A stretch of DNA of 63,958 nt, counting the filler, from Intoshia linei (Eukaryota; Animalia; Orthonectida), in the NCBI GenBank assembly GCA_001642005.1. It is 4 parts of 4 records of this genome, joined end to end, with 100 filler letters (N's around TTAATTAATTAA, not from the genome) between each part and the next. Parts side by side here need not be neighbours in the genome. Positions count along the whole stretch, not along the records: positions 27,667 to 56,466 come from LWCA01000404.1; 3 more parts are not named here. One strand, given 5' to 3'. Below the pieces are notes generated by a model. The model did not search any database, was not told the origin of the DNA, and saw nothing but the letters and a program-made list of their open reading frames with translations. This document shows positions 39,001-51,196 of this stretch, one piece after another. The first letter of the stretch is position 1. Each line of letters starts with the position of its first letter. The position numbers were made by a program, and so were the translations under genes.

Positions 39001-42000
39001 TGAATGATACTACTCCAATCCGTAAATATTGTAAATTAAAAAGTAATTTTGTTACTGACATAGTAGAACTGTTTGCCTTGGTAGACATACCTTATACAAG
39101 TTAAACAACAAAAACTTAAAGGAATTTTTTACAAACATGGGCAAATCGTTACCACCTGAAAACAATTTTCGTGGTAAAATAGAGCAGGTATATTTGAAGG
39201 AAATTGAAAGAATAAAAATTGTGTTGTAAATATCAATTAATATTTATGATGTTGGATGAAACCGATTTAAACGATGTTAAATATATAAATATAATTGTCG
39301 GTACTTTGAAAAAACCCCAAAATTTAATGCTGTTTGGCTGTAAAATGATTAATACAAACATGAATGGTCAAATTGTATCTATGATTGGATTATATAATGA
39401 ATTAAACGGGTATACATCTATAGCAGGTGTTATTGACATGAAAAAAAAGTCGTTTACTATTAATCAAGCATATGATACTATAAAAAAATACAATTTATTC
39501 CTGACCCATGTGAAATACAACTATATATAGAAAAAAGACTAAAAAAGAATGATATCAAAAAAATTATGTTAGCTATGGATCAGTCCAAACCTCCTTCATT
39601 GTACAGCTAATTGAGAAATGGCCCTTCAACTTCTAAATGTGTAGAAAGAAATTTCAACATGCTGAAGACATTACTCACAAAACAAAGGAATTTTTTATTA
39701 AGTAACGTTAAAAAATTGTTTAATATTGTACCATAATAAATGTTAATATTTAATTTTTTAAACTATTTTTAAAAAAAAAAATTTTAACAGGGGGGCCAAA
39801 TTGAATTTTTAATGTATTTTTTATGGGTTAAAAAAGTTAGAATTTTGATAGGTTATATTTTAATGATTTTATAAGTTAGAAAAAGTTTGCCCTAATAAAG
39901 TATTGAAATATATTCAGTATCTGCTTTCGATAAGGCTTATCAGGAAAAAATATTTTGTATCAATAATTGACTGATTGTGCCGATTTAAAATCATTTTTCG
40001 TATGAAGGAATGTTACCAACATTGAAATAAATCTCAAAATAATAATAAAAAAGTTATACTTGATTTAATTTAAAATTTTTGGAAATGAAAAATTTATTTA
40101 GCAATGATAAAAAATCCGACTGAATAATTTATCAAACTGAAACACATATTTGTGTATTTCAAACGTGTATACCTTCAATTCCCATTTTTTTTTTAAATTA
40201 TAGGATAAATATTTACATTTGCATTTTTAATTTTATTTAAATATTTAAAAAATATTGGTTGATAATACATTAAAAGTTATTTTTCACCGTGAAGGCGTCA
40301 CTTTATGACATTGAAATTTTTAACTTTTAATTTGTATTTAAACCGGAAGAAGCTATATATATCTGATTTTTTTTTTAAATTTTAGGACTACGTATTAGGA
40401 CTATTATATTAGTATTTTTTTTAAAATGATGAGTAATTTGTGGTTTTGACCGTGAAAGTATGAGTTTTTATGTTTGGAATTTTTTGTGTGTTAACTGGAT
40501 ATAACTATAAACTCTAATTTTTTTTAAAAAGGGTAATCTGTGGTTTTGATGGTGAAAATGCACTTTTTTAAGATTAAGATTTTTGATAATGTTTATAATT
40601 TTAAAACCTATTCCATAATGTATGCTGTATAAAAATTTTAGGACGTTTTTCATTTTTAAAAAAAGGGTAATTTGTGGTTTTGGCCGTGAATATATAAGAT
40701 TTTAAATATTAAATATATCATAATGTTGATGCTTATATAATATTTATCAGATTGAGTATTTTTTATAATTTTAGGAATCTTTTGAATTTAAAAAAAAAAA
40801 AAGGGTAATTTTTTGTCTTTAAAGGACACAATTTCTGAAATCAATTTTAGAATTAAAAATTAAAATTTTTAAAACCTAAAATAAATGAGCTAGAACTGAA
40901 TTTAAAAACCCAAAATGTGCAAAAAAACATGATAAATACACTCAAAATACTATAGTCATACAAACCAATAAAAATCTGATAATCCTCTAATACTGTTATG
41001 ATTATACATTGTATTTATCTTGGCATTTTTAGATTAATTTAAGTAATACATAACAGCGACAAGGAGAAGATTAAATATTAACCGCTTTTAAAAAATGTTT
41101 TTATAAATTTTTTAAAATAGAAAAGACATGGACGGTGTAACAACGTGACTTTTGTAAAATGAAAAAAAGTAACAAAAGTAGACACCTTAATAGATCCGAA
41201 CCTACCAAACTCGAGTTGAACCGAAAATGAAATTAGGTCCTAAATATTTTTCACAAAAATGGCAGTGTCATATAGTCCGTAACCATCTATCATATCCAAG
41301 ATTCTTGACTTTACATTACATTTAACACACAAAAGAGTTATGATATTGAAGAATATACTTTTTGAATGCTCAATTTGCAAAAACAGGGCACCTAAATACC
41401 TACATTTAAGAGGGTCGTAGGTACGGTCCTATACCCTAATATAAGATGTATTAATAATTTACTAAATGCTAATTATTTTATTTAGACCTACCTTTAAATA
41501 TTTTAATTCAATAACTTGCATTTGTGGATTAACCACAGCTTTGATAGCATGTTTTCTAGTCGATTACACTTATGCATCTATTGTCATTTTATTATGTATC
41601 TTTATATTCACTATATTACATTTCCGTCAATTCGATGCGGATTGGGGTTCAATGACGCAATCATTATTATTCCATCAATTACGAAAATACTTGCTTCTTT
41701 TGGACAATAGAAGTAACCACGTAAAATACTGGAGACCTCACATATTGCACTTGGTAAGTGACATTAGATCGTCATTCAGAGAAGTAGCCTTTGTGAATGA
41801 TTTAAAAAAGAGCGGTTTGTACATGATTGGTAATGTTTATTTGAACCCGTTGTACAAACGAAGCAGAGGGCTATTTAGTGATTCAGACACTGACTTTACA
41901 GACACATTAAAAGAAAATATTGTAAAAATTTCCCCCATCAAACGAACGGCCATGTTGGCAGATTTATGGTCGTCCGTAGTTAAATCATTTTCCATAAAAG

Positions 42001-43196
42001 CATTTGTTGATATTGTATTCGAAAATAACCTAGAAAATGGAGTGCGTCATCTCATGCAAATATCGGGTATTGGCGCCATGAAACCCAATACTGTCTGTTT
42101 ATCCTTATTTAAAAACGAACAAGTCTATTCATATAATGATAAGTTTGATAAAATTAAAGAGTCTGTTTTTGAAGAAAGTGTACAAAGTGTGTCACATCAA
42201 AAAATTACTCAAAGAGTCAAAGATTTATTGTTGAGGATTGCTAGTTTTTATCCCCAATCTTTGAATTCTACCGACCAAATTGAAAATTCAAACCATTCAA
42301 GCAATTTAAAAAAAATGTCAAATTTAACCTTTTTACGCATTTTATCGGATTGTTTGGAAATGAATATGAACATTTGCATCCTTGCCAATTTCAATAATTT
42401 TAAAAAACCCATTAAGCGATCTTTTGGTATAGCATTGCATTCTCTTCGTTTAAATACTGAATTTATCAATATTGATGTCTGGCCCATAGAAGAGTATAAG
42501 TTGTATCAAAATTACAAGATTCACAATTCTACCTTTGAAACTTATTCTACGCCTACAATTTTAACTATTCAAATGGCATATGTTTTGAAAATGACTAAAT
42601 ATTGGAAAAAAATTACCAATCTTCGCATTTTTTTATTTAAACGAAATGATTTTGATGTTTTACCTGTTTATCAAAAGTTACTTGAAAGTATGAGAATTGA
42701 TGCTAATGTTTTTGTTATTGAGGAAAATATTTATAATGTTATCTCTCAAGAAGAAAATTTGGACCCTCAAAAGTTTTCCTCTCAAATTAATAATATTATT
42801 AGCCATTACGTTGATCGAACGGTAAATTTATCAACGTGATATAATTATCTCTTATTTAGAGAGTGATATTTCGAGTTTTACCTATTGAATATATATCTAA
42901 CAATTTTTATGAATCCGAAAATAACCAAACGGGTGAAGATATGCTGACTTATCTAAACCAAAGTTCATTGAACAGTATACCAGTAATTCATTTATTAAGT
43001 TGTGGATAATAAAGTGTCAAAAATACTCGGCACCAAAATTTTTCCGGGGGAATTACCCACATTAAAATCATACTTTGAGCCCCTGTATATTTAATTTATG
43101 GCAGCTTTATGCAATAATTTACTCTATGTATACTTAATTATAAATTAGACCGTGTTTATATCAGGAAAAGAAAATGTATTTTCACCAAATTTATAA
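36096..43196 (+). CDS. SLC12A9: Cation-chloride cotransporter family member SLC12A9 (CIP1); exons 36096-36429, 36834-37532, 37764-38067, 41486-42821, 42860-42982, 43149-43196
   Basis: [106 protein letters not shown], terminal TVFISG..NL*. Confidence 0.92.
38091..38544. mobile_element. Two adjacent related MITE/foldback units (38091-38250 and 38257-38544)
   Basis: Unit 1 arms tagtatggccagaaaaa..gtactatca / tgatagtacg..tctggtcacacta. Unit 2 arms gtgatatctcgatctagtcacg / cgtgactagattgagatatcac. Both share the internal core aaaactacttatctatgatgacgaataaaaattttcggctt. Confidence 0.75.
38567..39894 (+). mobile_element. Decayed hAT transposon with CGGBP-like zinc finger in SLC12A9 intron
   Basis: TIR tagggcaa/ttgcccta; fragments LICIKCNC..VQSHMSSVKHK, FMMLDETD, and PSTSKCVERNFNMLKTLL (dimerisation domain); frameshifts. 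Confidence 0.75.
40180..40830 (-). repeat. Degenerate family-A copy
   Basis: aatattggttgataa..ttttcacc and repeated gggtaatttgtggttttg(g/a)ccgtgaa blocks shared with 1330-1800. Confidence 0.65.
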
Positions 43197-43248
43197 ATAT
43201 ATGAATAAAATTTTTAATATTTACATTTTGTACAAAGCATAAAGCTCA

Positions 43249-44044
43249 TTAGAAAGAATCATCTCCATAAATATCTGCCTAAATTTTCGTTGTTTTCAAC
43301 AAGGTAAATTTATTGGAAATACTGTTATTATATCGCCATTTAATTCATCAAGATCGACATCCGTTTCAGTGCTAAGGGTTTCATTTTTGTTTACGTTCTC
43401 AATAGGCAAATTTTCGTTTGGTTCAGGGTTTGGTTTTTCCTTCTTTGTTTCTAATAAGGAAAGTTATTAATATTTATTTTTTTAAAAATACCATTTTCCT
43501 CATCACTAAGATCTATCATATCCTTTATTACGTGCAGGTTGTTTGTTGAATGTCTATATGTGGAAAGTCGTTCGAAAATAGATTCTAAATTTTTAACTGG
43601 TTAATTAAAAAATTGATAAATGAATTTCATTTAATTTTAAAACTGTAAAATAAGAAATATGTGTAAAAAATTGTTATAAAAAATAAAAATTTATATTATA
43701 ACGCGGGCCGCATAATTGACACCCCTGCTGTAAGCAAACATGAATATGATGATTAAATTACTAGTATAATTACTTGATTTATCTTTGTTAAAAAATTCTT
43801 CATCGTCGCTAATTGACTTTGTAATCATTAATTTTTTGTATTTTTTCTTTTTGGATTTGATACGATGGGATTTGGAACTACGTTTCTAAAATGAAATGAA
43901 ATGTGACAATGTAAAATTTTCAATAATTTATAAAGTTAATTTTCATTACTAATGAAGCTAATGCTTCTTTTCTCAATTTTTTCAATTCATGTTTCTAAAT
44001 TTAGTTGGTTGCGTTGTACAATGTACATTTGTTACCTCATTCAT
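43249..44044 (-). CDS. Orphan ~145-aa Lys-rich/acidic protein, 6 exons
   Basis: In-phase GT-AG splicing gives MNE|KHELKKLRKEALASL|KRSSKSHRIKSKKKKYKK..SDDEEF..|..IDLSDEEN|ETKKEKP..TDVDLDELNGDIIT|ADIYGDDSF*. Confidence 0.65.
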
Positions 44045-44461
44045 CGTTTCATTAATGTACAAAATTTAAAATTGCACTTTATTTATATACATATTTGATG
44101 TATTTATGGAAATATTACATTAAAATTGAGGCATACTGTAACATACATTACCATCTCAACACAACATTTTTTATTTTGCCAAATATATATTGTTCATAAT
44201 TTTTCAACGATGTTAGTTTACGTGATGTAAATGTGATGATTACATGATGGTATATTATTTTTGATTATAAATTATAATCAAAAAATGCCATTCATAACAC
44301 AGAACAACATTTTCGAACTTTTTAACGACTTTCTCACAAATTTAATTATGAAAGTGAAGGGTTTTATTATTAATTGATAATTTCAAAATGACAGATACAT
44401 ATGTCGCGTAGTTACAAAAATAATTAAATAATAAAAATATTGATAGGGATTCCCTATCAAT

Positions 44462-45000
44462 ATACAGTGTTGATCATAAGATTATAATAATTCCTTTTTA
44501 CATATTCTGTGGTTACTAATTCACTAATGAACAGATGAAATTAAATAAAATTTTGAATATAAGTTACCCTTATATTTATTTTTAATTGGAATTAATTAAT
44601 ATGTTGTAACACCTCATCTAGTATGTATGAGAGCCATAATTCTCTGTGACATACTATTAATACAGTCTTTTCAAATTAATAAAATTGTTTAATACATTTT
44701 TATAGGTATTCTGGTTCATTATACCTTCACAAATCTGTAATTCACCCATTCCCACAGAAGATATAGCCCAAACCATTACTTTTGTTTGAAAATTTTACTG
44801 TTTGTATGTAGGATGCATTCTGGCCTTAATGATTCGCATAATCTTATTATTTTTATTTAATAAATTTTTAAAATCTTTATTATTCGTGCAAATAAGTAAA
44901 TAACATGCTAATTGTGACGGAATTCATCTGAAAACGACAAAAAGCGCATTTTCATGAATTTTCTCTTAAAATACGATTTTGACGAGTATATTTTATAAAA
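44462..45000 (-). mobile_element. Tc1/mariner transposase relic
   Basis: Fragments FSDE, VMVWAISSVGMGELQICEGIMNQNTYKNVL and INSMSQRIMALI..GVTTY* (Tc1 C-terminus SMPRR..GG.TKY); TA|CAGTG end at 44462. Confidence 0.75.
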
Positions 45001-45207
45001 TCTTAATTCATTTTAATCAAAATTATAATTGAATTTGGGCAGGTAAATATTAACCAATTTAATAAAATTTTAAATTAAAAAAAGTGGACATTTTATTGTA
45101 CAGTGTTGTAATCATTTAGAAATTTAAAAATTAACATTAGATAGGATGAAGGATAAAAAATGTATTTGAATAAATAAAAAAATTAACAACTAATCCATAA
45201 ATGAATT

Positions 45208-47480
45208 TCATAAATCACGTAAAATTTCAACATAATTAATTGGCACGAGTCCATATTTTCCATTGTAATACCCGCGAAGCCATTCTTGTTTGGATCCAAC
45301 CATTTCTATTATTTCAATAACAGATCCAACCTAAATTCAAATGTTAAGATATGTAGATAATAATATGGTTTAATTGGCTGTGGATTGAGGCAAATACACT
45401 TTTATTATAAAAATAGCAAGGAGATTAAAATATGGTTTAGAATAGTATTATACCACATGGCATATTATATAATAGTGCTTCCTATGGGTTAATTAATAAC
45501 CAGAGGGGTAAATGCTTAATTAATAGACTATTATATTGAAAAAACATTTAAAATGTCTCCTTCCATATTCACATTTCTTCAATTATCCAATCATATCATA
45601 TCAAAAAATTTAAAAATCAAACATTGACAATATAATATCCACTGGACACGGAATACCGAAAAAATAGCTATATAGACAAAGGTATTGAATTTGAAACCAG
45701 AATATTGACTAGACTGGTAAAATTATACAAGATACAAAAACGCATCCATTCTCTAGAGCAGTTTCTCAACAGGTGCTAAAATTAATTTCAGATATAACTC
45801 GGCCTACTACTCGCAATATCCCTAATCCACACGTCATAAGAATATAATATTACAATAAATTCTAAATCATCATCGTGACTTGGACTGAAATCGTACATAG
45901 CTATACATATTGATTTAACGTCTACATTAAATTATTGTAGGTTGATAACATGAAATTACTTTTATTTAAAATTGGAGGATATGTGATTTTATTAGGAAAC
46001 ATGACATCGCTTCGAAGAATCCAACCACACTTTTCAGTTTCACTAAAATCCAATTTGACGTATACAATATCGGATGTATCGACATATATTATTCTAAAAC
46101 AGTCACCAGTAGAGTATTCAAGATAATTCTGATTATTCAAATTTGATTCGTCTTCAAATTCAAGATCCGATGAATTAGATATAGCTATCACGTACATGTG
46201 AGGTTCAGACTAAATCTATAGTTATTTTTAGAATTTCCTTTTATTTATTGTTAAAATAAGAATTATTACTAAATACTCATTCTTAGTCTGTAACTACATT
46301 TTATTTTAATTAAACATACACGTTTCAAACTCTGAAGAAGAACCCCAACCTATCAAATTTTTAGAAAATAAATTTTTACCAAATTTAAAAGGCTATATTA
46401 TTATAACTTACGAAAAAAATTAAATTCTGTCAACCCTTAAGTAAAAAAAGAATAATCCTACATTGTACAAAAATACATCAAACCGTAAATCCGACTGATG
46501 TGTTAAGTTTGATTGTATAAGAAGCTGGAAATTGACCAAATTTCAATCCATTCGTACCAAAATACCAATCATAGTCCAACTTCCATTTAAATTCAATAAT
46601 TTCCTTTTCCTAAATATACTTTATCGAAAAGTTAATTGAATTTCTCACTATTTTAAAATCATCTCAAATCACTATACTTAAACTTATTGAAAAACTTAAA
46701 AAACTAAAAAAATTACCTGAAAAGCTAAATCAACAGTTTCACTCGAAACAAAGGGATACAAGGTAAGATGGAATGATTTATTTTCTACAGAACTTTGAGA
46801 CGTTGAAATGGAACTGCTCTTAGTACCTTCCTCCAATTTAATCAAATCATCAGTTTTGGTTGATTTTTCTTTGAAACAAGCTATATTATCATGATTGGAT
46901 ACTTTACAAATTTTTTCATCGTCCCCCAAGGAACTAAATTTAAGTTAAAAAAATAAAAGCACTTTAATTTAGAAAGAATTGAAAAATACACTTACGGTAA
47001 ATAATGATCATGAGTTATTTTTAATTCAGACAGTGAAGTCACACTTCGTGCGCAAGTGGAAATGGCGGATAAATTTTTAGGTTTACTCTGTTCGTCTTGA
47101 ATATAAATCATCAAACTGGGTTCACGAATTTGTTGTGGAACTGTATATGTAATCTTATTGAGGGTTCCATCTAAATCTTCCTAAGTATAAAATTATAAAG
47201 AAAGTAATCATTGTCATGTTAATGAAAAACACTTAAAAATGTATTTATCTCCCATTTAATCACAAAAGATGTTATAACAATATTACAAAAGTTCTTAGAG
47301 AAGGATTGTATCGCATTTTTCCCATTGTATCATCTCCAATCTAATTTTTAATTAATGTCAAATTTATCGATAATTATTCATCAAATTTACCATGTTTTGA
47401 ATAGCATTGATTCTAGAATATTTTTTCTAAATTTCAATTTTTTAAATTTGTTTATAAAAATTTCATACTTTAGCCATCAT
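45208..47480 (-). CDS. Multi-exon adaptor with three C-terminal SH3 domains
   Basis: LYPFVSSETVDLAFQ|EKEII..DYDWYFG..GQFPASY; YVIAI..LEYSTGDCFRII..GWI; AMYDFSPSHDDDLEF|VGSVIEII..EWLRGYYNGKYGLVPINYVEIL*. N-terminal exons less certain. Confidence 0.75.
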
Positions 47481-48749
47481 TTCAAATTAAATTCATTCTA
47501 CGTAAAAAAAGTATTCATTATGCATTATTAACTTTATTCGTGTCAATATAAATAATCAATAAATAAATGTAAATTTTTTAAATTATTTTTTAGTCACGTT
47601 TCTATAGGTTTTACTAAATATGTATGTTATAGGTTGCAAGTGGCAATATTCAATAGGTTGGGGAATTTTGTGTATGTAATCTACAGAGTATTTAATACTT
47701 AATATGATTAAATAATTTTCAATCCATGAAAATTACACTTTTCAACAGAATAAAAAACAATTTAACATTTAACTACACATTTACTTTGTATATTCTGAAA
47801 AATAACTATATCGTTATCGATAGTTATTTATAATCAATTTCATTTTCTACAATATGAACTTTATTGTAAATATAGATAACTAATTTAAACTTTAGTTTAA
47901 AATGTAAAAATTTATAGGGATGGGTGAGTTGTAATTTAACTTTATTTTAAGTTATTAATTGATAACTAAATGCCATTTATGATTATGTAATTGATATTAA
48001 AAACTATCCCCAGAATTTAAGTTTTTTAAAATTAAATTTTAGAATTTTTTCATTTTTAAAACAAAGTGTAGTATTTGATAAGAATTCAAATTTAATGTGA
48101 AAACACTTTAAGAGTGATAATATATTATATAACCTAGAGATGTAAATAAATGTGAAAATCACACTTTATTACACCAAAGGTAATTTAGGGTTTGACAATG
48201 AAAAGTTACGTTTCTGAAGCTGAGATTTACGACAATGTTAATGATTTTAAAAGACGTCCCAGAATTTATGATTTATTAAATTTTTGGTCTGATTTGACTT
48301 TTAAAAAAAATGGAAAATTGGGTTCGACCCTGAATGACTAAATTTCGGAAAATAAAATATAGACATCACTCGAAAAACTGTATTACAAATTAATTTTTTT
48401 AATTCTACGACTTAACTTTTTAATATACCTTAGCACACAATTCGTAAGACATAAGATAAAACTCTTTAAGACATACATAAAGGATTTCATGTGAAATGTT
48501 TAATTAATGGCTTATATTGTACGACATTTCGCTAATATTAAAAATTATATTGATGATTGTATGTCTAGGTAACAAGACGATATTTCAAAAAAGGTGTGAT
48601 ACAATTTCCATATTTAACGCTTGACAAAATAGTCAAGCTAACAAACATATTAACAATTTTAAGCATTTAATTATACTGTACAAAATATAACATTCAAATT
48701 TTTTTACATACAGCTTTAAGGTCCTTATTAATACATTTTGTGGAGAGTC

Positions 48750-49361
48750 TTAAATAAATGATGGGCTCTGTAAAATAATTAAATTAAAAAATAAAATTTG
48801 TTTACTTTCAAACGACTCATCTTGACGAAGTTTTTGAGGAAAATCAATATAATCAAAAAAATTTAAATCTCTGATCCATTTAATATATCCGATTTCTTTG
48901 GTTTGGGAATTTGGATTAGATACATAAACAATTTTACAAAGTTTTTTCTTTAGTCCATTCGTTATTTTATCAAAAAAAAATTTATAATCAACTTTACCAG
49001 AACACGTAGTACATTTATCTTTGTATTCTTTACTCATATTCAATTCGTACATTTTGGCTAATTTTAAAGATTCAAGCAATATAAAATTATTTTTAAGTCC
49101 ATTGTTCAAACTTTCCAAGGTAGTATCTTTTTCTTGCCATAAATCTTTACCTGATGTTAGTTGTATAATTTCGCTTTCAGTTATAGTGTTAACTTGAAGA
49201 TATTCGCTATTGAATGGTTCACATTTCATATTAATTTCATTTAATGGATTTTCTTTAAAATTAAGTAAATTATCAATTTCAGATAAAATTTTAACTATAT
49301 TTACACACATTTCTCTTCGTTTTAGTAAAGTCGGTTTGTCAAAATTTTCATACATTTTCAA
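48750..49361 (-). CDS. Hypothetical protein (203-aa ORF), no recognised domain
   Basis: 612-bp open frame in very AT-rich DNA; an upstream in-frame 40-codon segment is separated by a single TAA. Confidence 0.4.
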   Translation of the reverse strand: MKMYENFDKPTLLKRREMCVNIVKILSEIDNLLNFKENPLNEINMKCEPFNSEYLQVNTITESEIIQLTSGKDLWQEKDTTLESLNNGLKNNFILLESLKLAKMYELNMSKEYKDKCTTCSGKVDYKFFFDKITNGLKKKLCKIVYVSNPNSQTKEIGYIKWIRDLNFFDYIDFPQKLRQDESFESKQILFFNLIILQSPSFI

Positions 49362-49790
49362 TTAATGAATATATTTATATTTTGTGTATTTCATCAAATT
49401 TTTGCAAACTTGTTTTACTTGGTTACCAAATTTAGAGTCAACAATTTTGTTTATGTTTGCAAGAGAATATTGGATGGAGTTCATCCAATATTATCCAAGA
49501 GATGGACTTTTTAGTAACTAAGATGAAATGATAACAATTTGGTAAAATTAGAGAAATTAATTGTATTATAAATGCAATTAATTATAAATAAAATGAAAAT
49601 ACACAATTTGTTAACATGCTATGTAATAAAGTTAGCAATGTTTTTAAATTTTTGTTAGAGAAGGTATTTTCTGATTATGGGTTCCGTAACAGAAGAGCTG
49701 AACTTCCCCTAAATTGAAAAATAAAACCTAAAAAAAAATTAAAAAAAATTTGCCTTAAATAGTAAGTATAAGAGTGCTCAAATAGTGTTA

Positions 49791-50460
49791 TCCTTACGTA
49801 TATAATACGCTTTGTTTGTCTGTGTGTGTGTGTTATTGTTTATTTCAATAACTACCAGTCTTAGAATTTTATTAAGTCCACATTTCAATTACAGTTTTTT
49901 CCGGGGGTGTTAGCAAAATAAATTTCAACCTCCCAAACTCACATCTTCAGTTACAAATTACCCTTTTTTTTTGAATGAAAAAATGCCTAAAATTTTAAAA
50001 AAAATTACAAGTGGTACAGTTGTATCCTGTTAACCCACTCAAAAAATTTCAAAATGTGAAATAATTAACGTTTTGAAAATTAAAAAAAAAAAGAAGAGAA
50101 TATTCTGATAGAGTTTATATCACTTGATATAAATACAAAATTTCAACCCGAGAAATCTACGCATTCCCGGTGAACAATAATTTTTAATATATTATCAATT
50201 AATATTTTTCATATATTTAACAATTAACAATTGTAAAATATAAATTGAAAATGTAAATATAGATCCTACATTTTCAAAAAAATGTGCATTAAACGTCTAC
50301 ACATTTCCAATAAAGAAATATTGGTGAAAATCTATATAATTCATTCCTTCGCAATTTTTTAATCTCAATTCTCATTTTCAAAATATTTTTTTTAAATTTA
50401 AATTAAAACTACAACAACGGATTACTAAAAGTAATACAACTTTGTAATTATCATTTTTAT
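49791..50460 (+). mobile_element. Family-A Helitron-like copy (5' end intact)
   Basis: Begins A|TCCTTAC..tttgtttgtctgtgtgtgtgtgtta..aactaccagtcttagaatt. Confidence 0.7.
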
Positions 50461-50467
50461 AGTCATT

Positions 50468-50847
50468 ACCTGAAACAAATCTGGGAACCACTCCTTTAAA
50501 GGATTGATAATAGTGAATAGTAGGATTTTTAAGTTAGATTTTCAACGTGAATTTATTTTTTTAGTATAATAAAAATGTGCCCTCTGCAGAGCTAGGTGCT
50601 GTTTGTACATAGTACATAACAGTCAACCTAGTTTACTATAAAAAAATTAATTTTGTTGTTTTATTTAAATATTATTTTATATTTCATAACTAGCTTGACT
50701 ATTTTGTATTACGTACAAACAGCACCTAACTCTGCCAAAGCCACATTTTTATTATACCAAAAAAATAAATTCACGTTGAAAATCTAACTTAAAAATCCAC
50801 TATTCACTATTATCCATAAACAAGTGGTTCCCAAACTTGTTTCAGGT
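50468..50847. mobile_element. Family-B foldback element with ~160-bp TIRs, plus a partial tandem arm to ~50990
   Basis: acctgaaacaaatctgggaaccact...gtgccctctgcagagctaggtgctgtttgtac is mirrored by gtacaaacagcacctaactctgcc...agtggttcccaaacttgtttcaggt. Confidence 0.85.
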
Positions 50848-51196
50848 GGAACCATCATATGACATTACTATTGAAAATCTAACTTAAAAATCCTACTATT
50901 CACTATTATCAATTCTTTAAAGGATCAAATTTGTTTCAGGTATAACTATCATATCACATTACTTTTTACTTTAAACTAAATTATTCCATATTAATAATTT
51001 CTTAATATTGAAATTTGCGTAAACAATTTTAAAAACAATTGTTATTCCATTTGTTTAATTTATTAGACAGAATGTGTGTATAATATTAAAAATTGTCCCA
51101 TCCCAAAAAATTGTCATAAATAGCATAAATTCCAGAACAAATAAAATTATAAAAACCTATTTTGTCATTTTCAATGTGATGACATATATTTAGAAC

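Noticed and set aside
44441-44460. TCCCTATCA half-sites resembling the tet operator
   Set aside because: Half-sites are in inverted order relative to tetO and there is no vector or bacterial context; coincidental.
48318-48335. GGTTCGACCC as a tRNA T-loop or B box
   Set aside because: No cloverleaf or A box; it is a variant of the family-A internal gttttgaccc repeat.
49363-49483. NSIQYSLANINKIV as the dachshund DD2 start (SIETLLTNIQGLL)
   Set aside because: Weak similarity, no usable acceptor between the upstream stop and this segment, and no following coiled coil.
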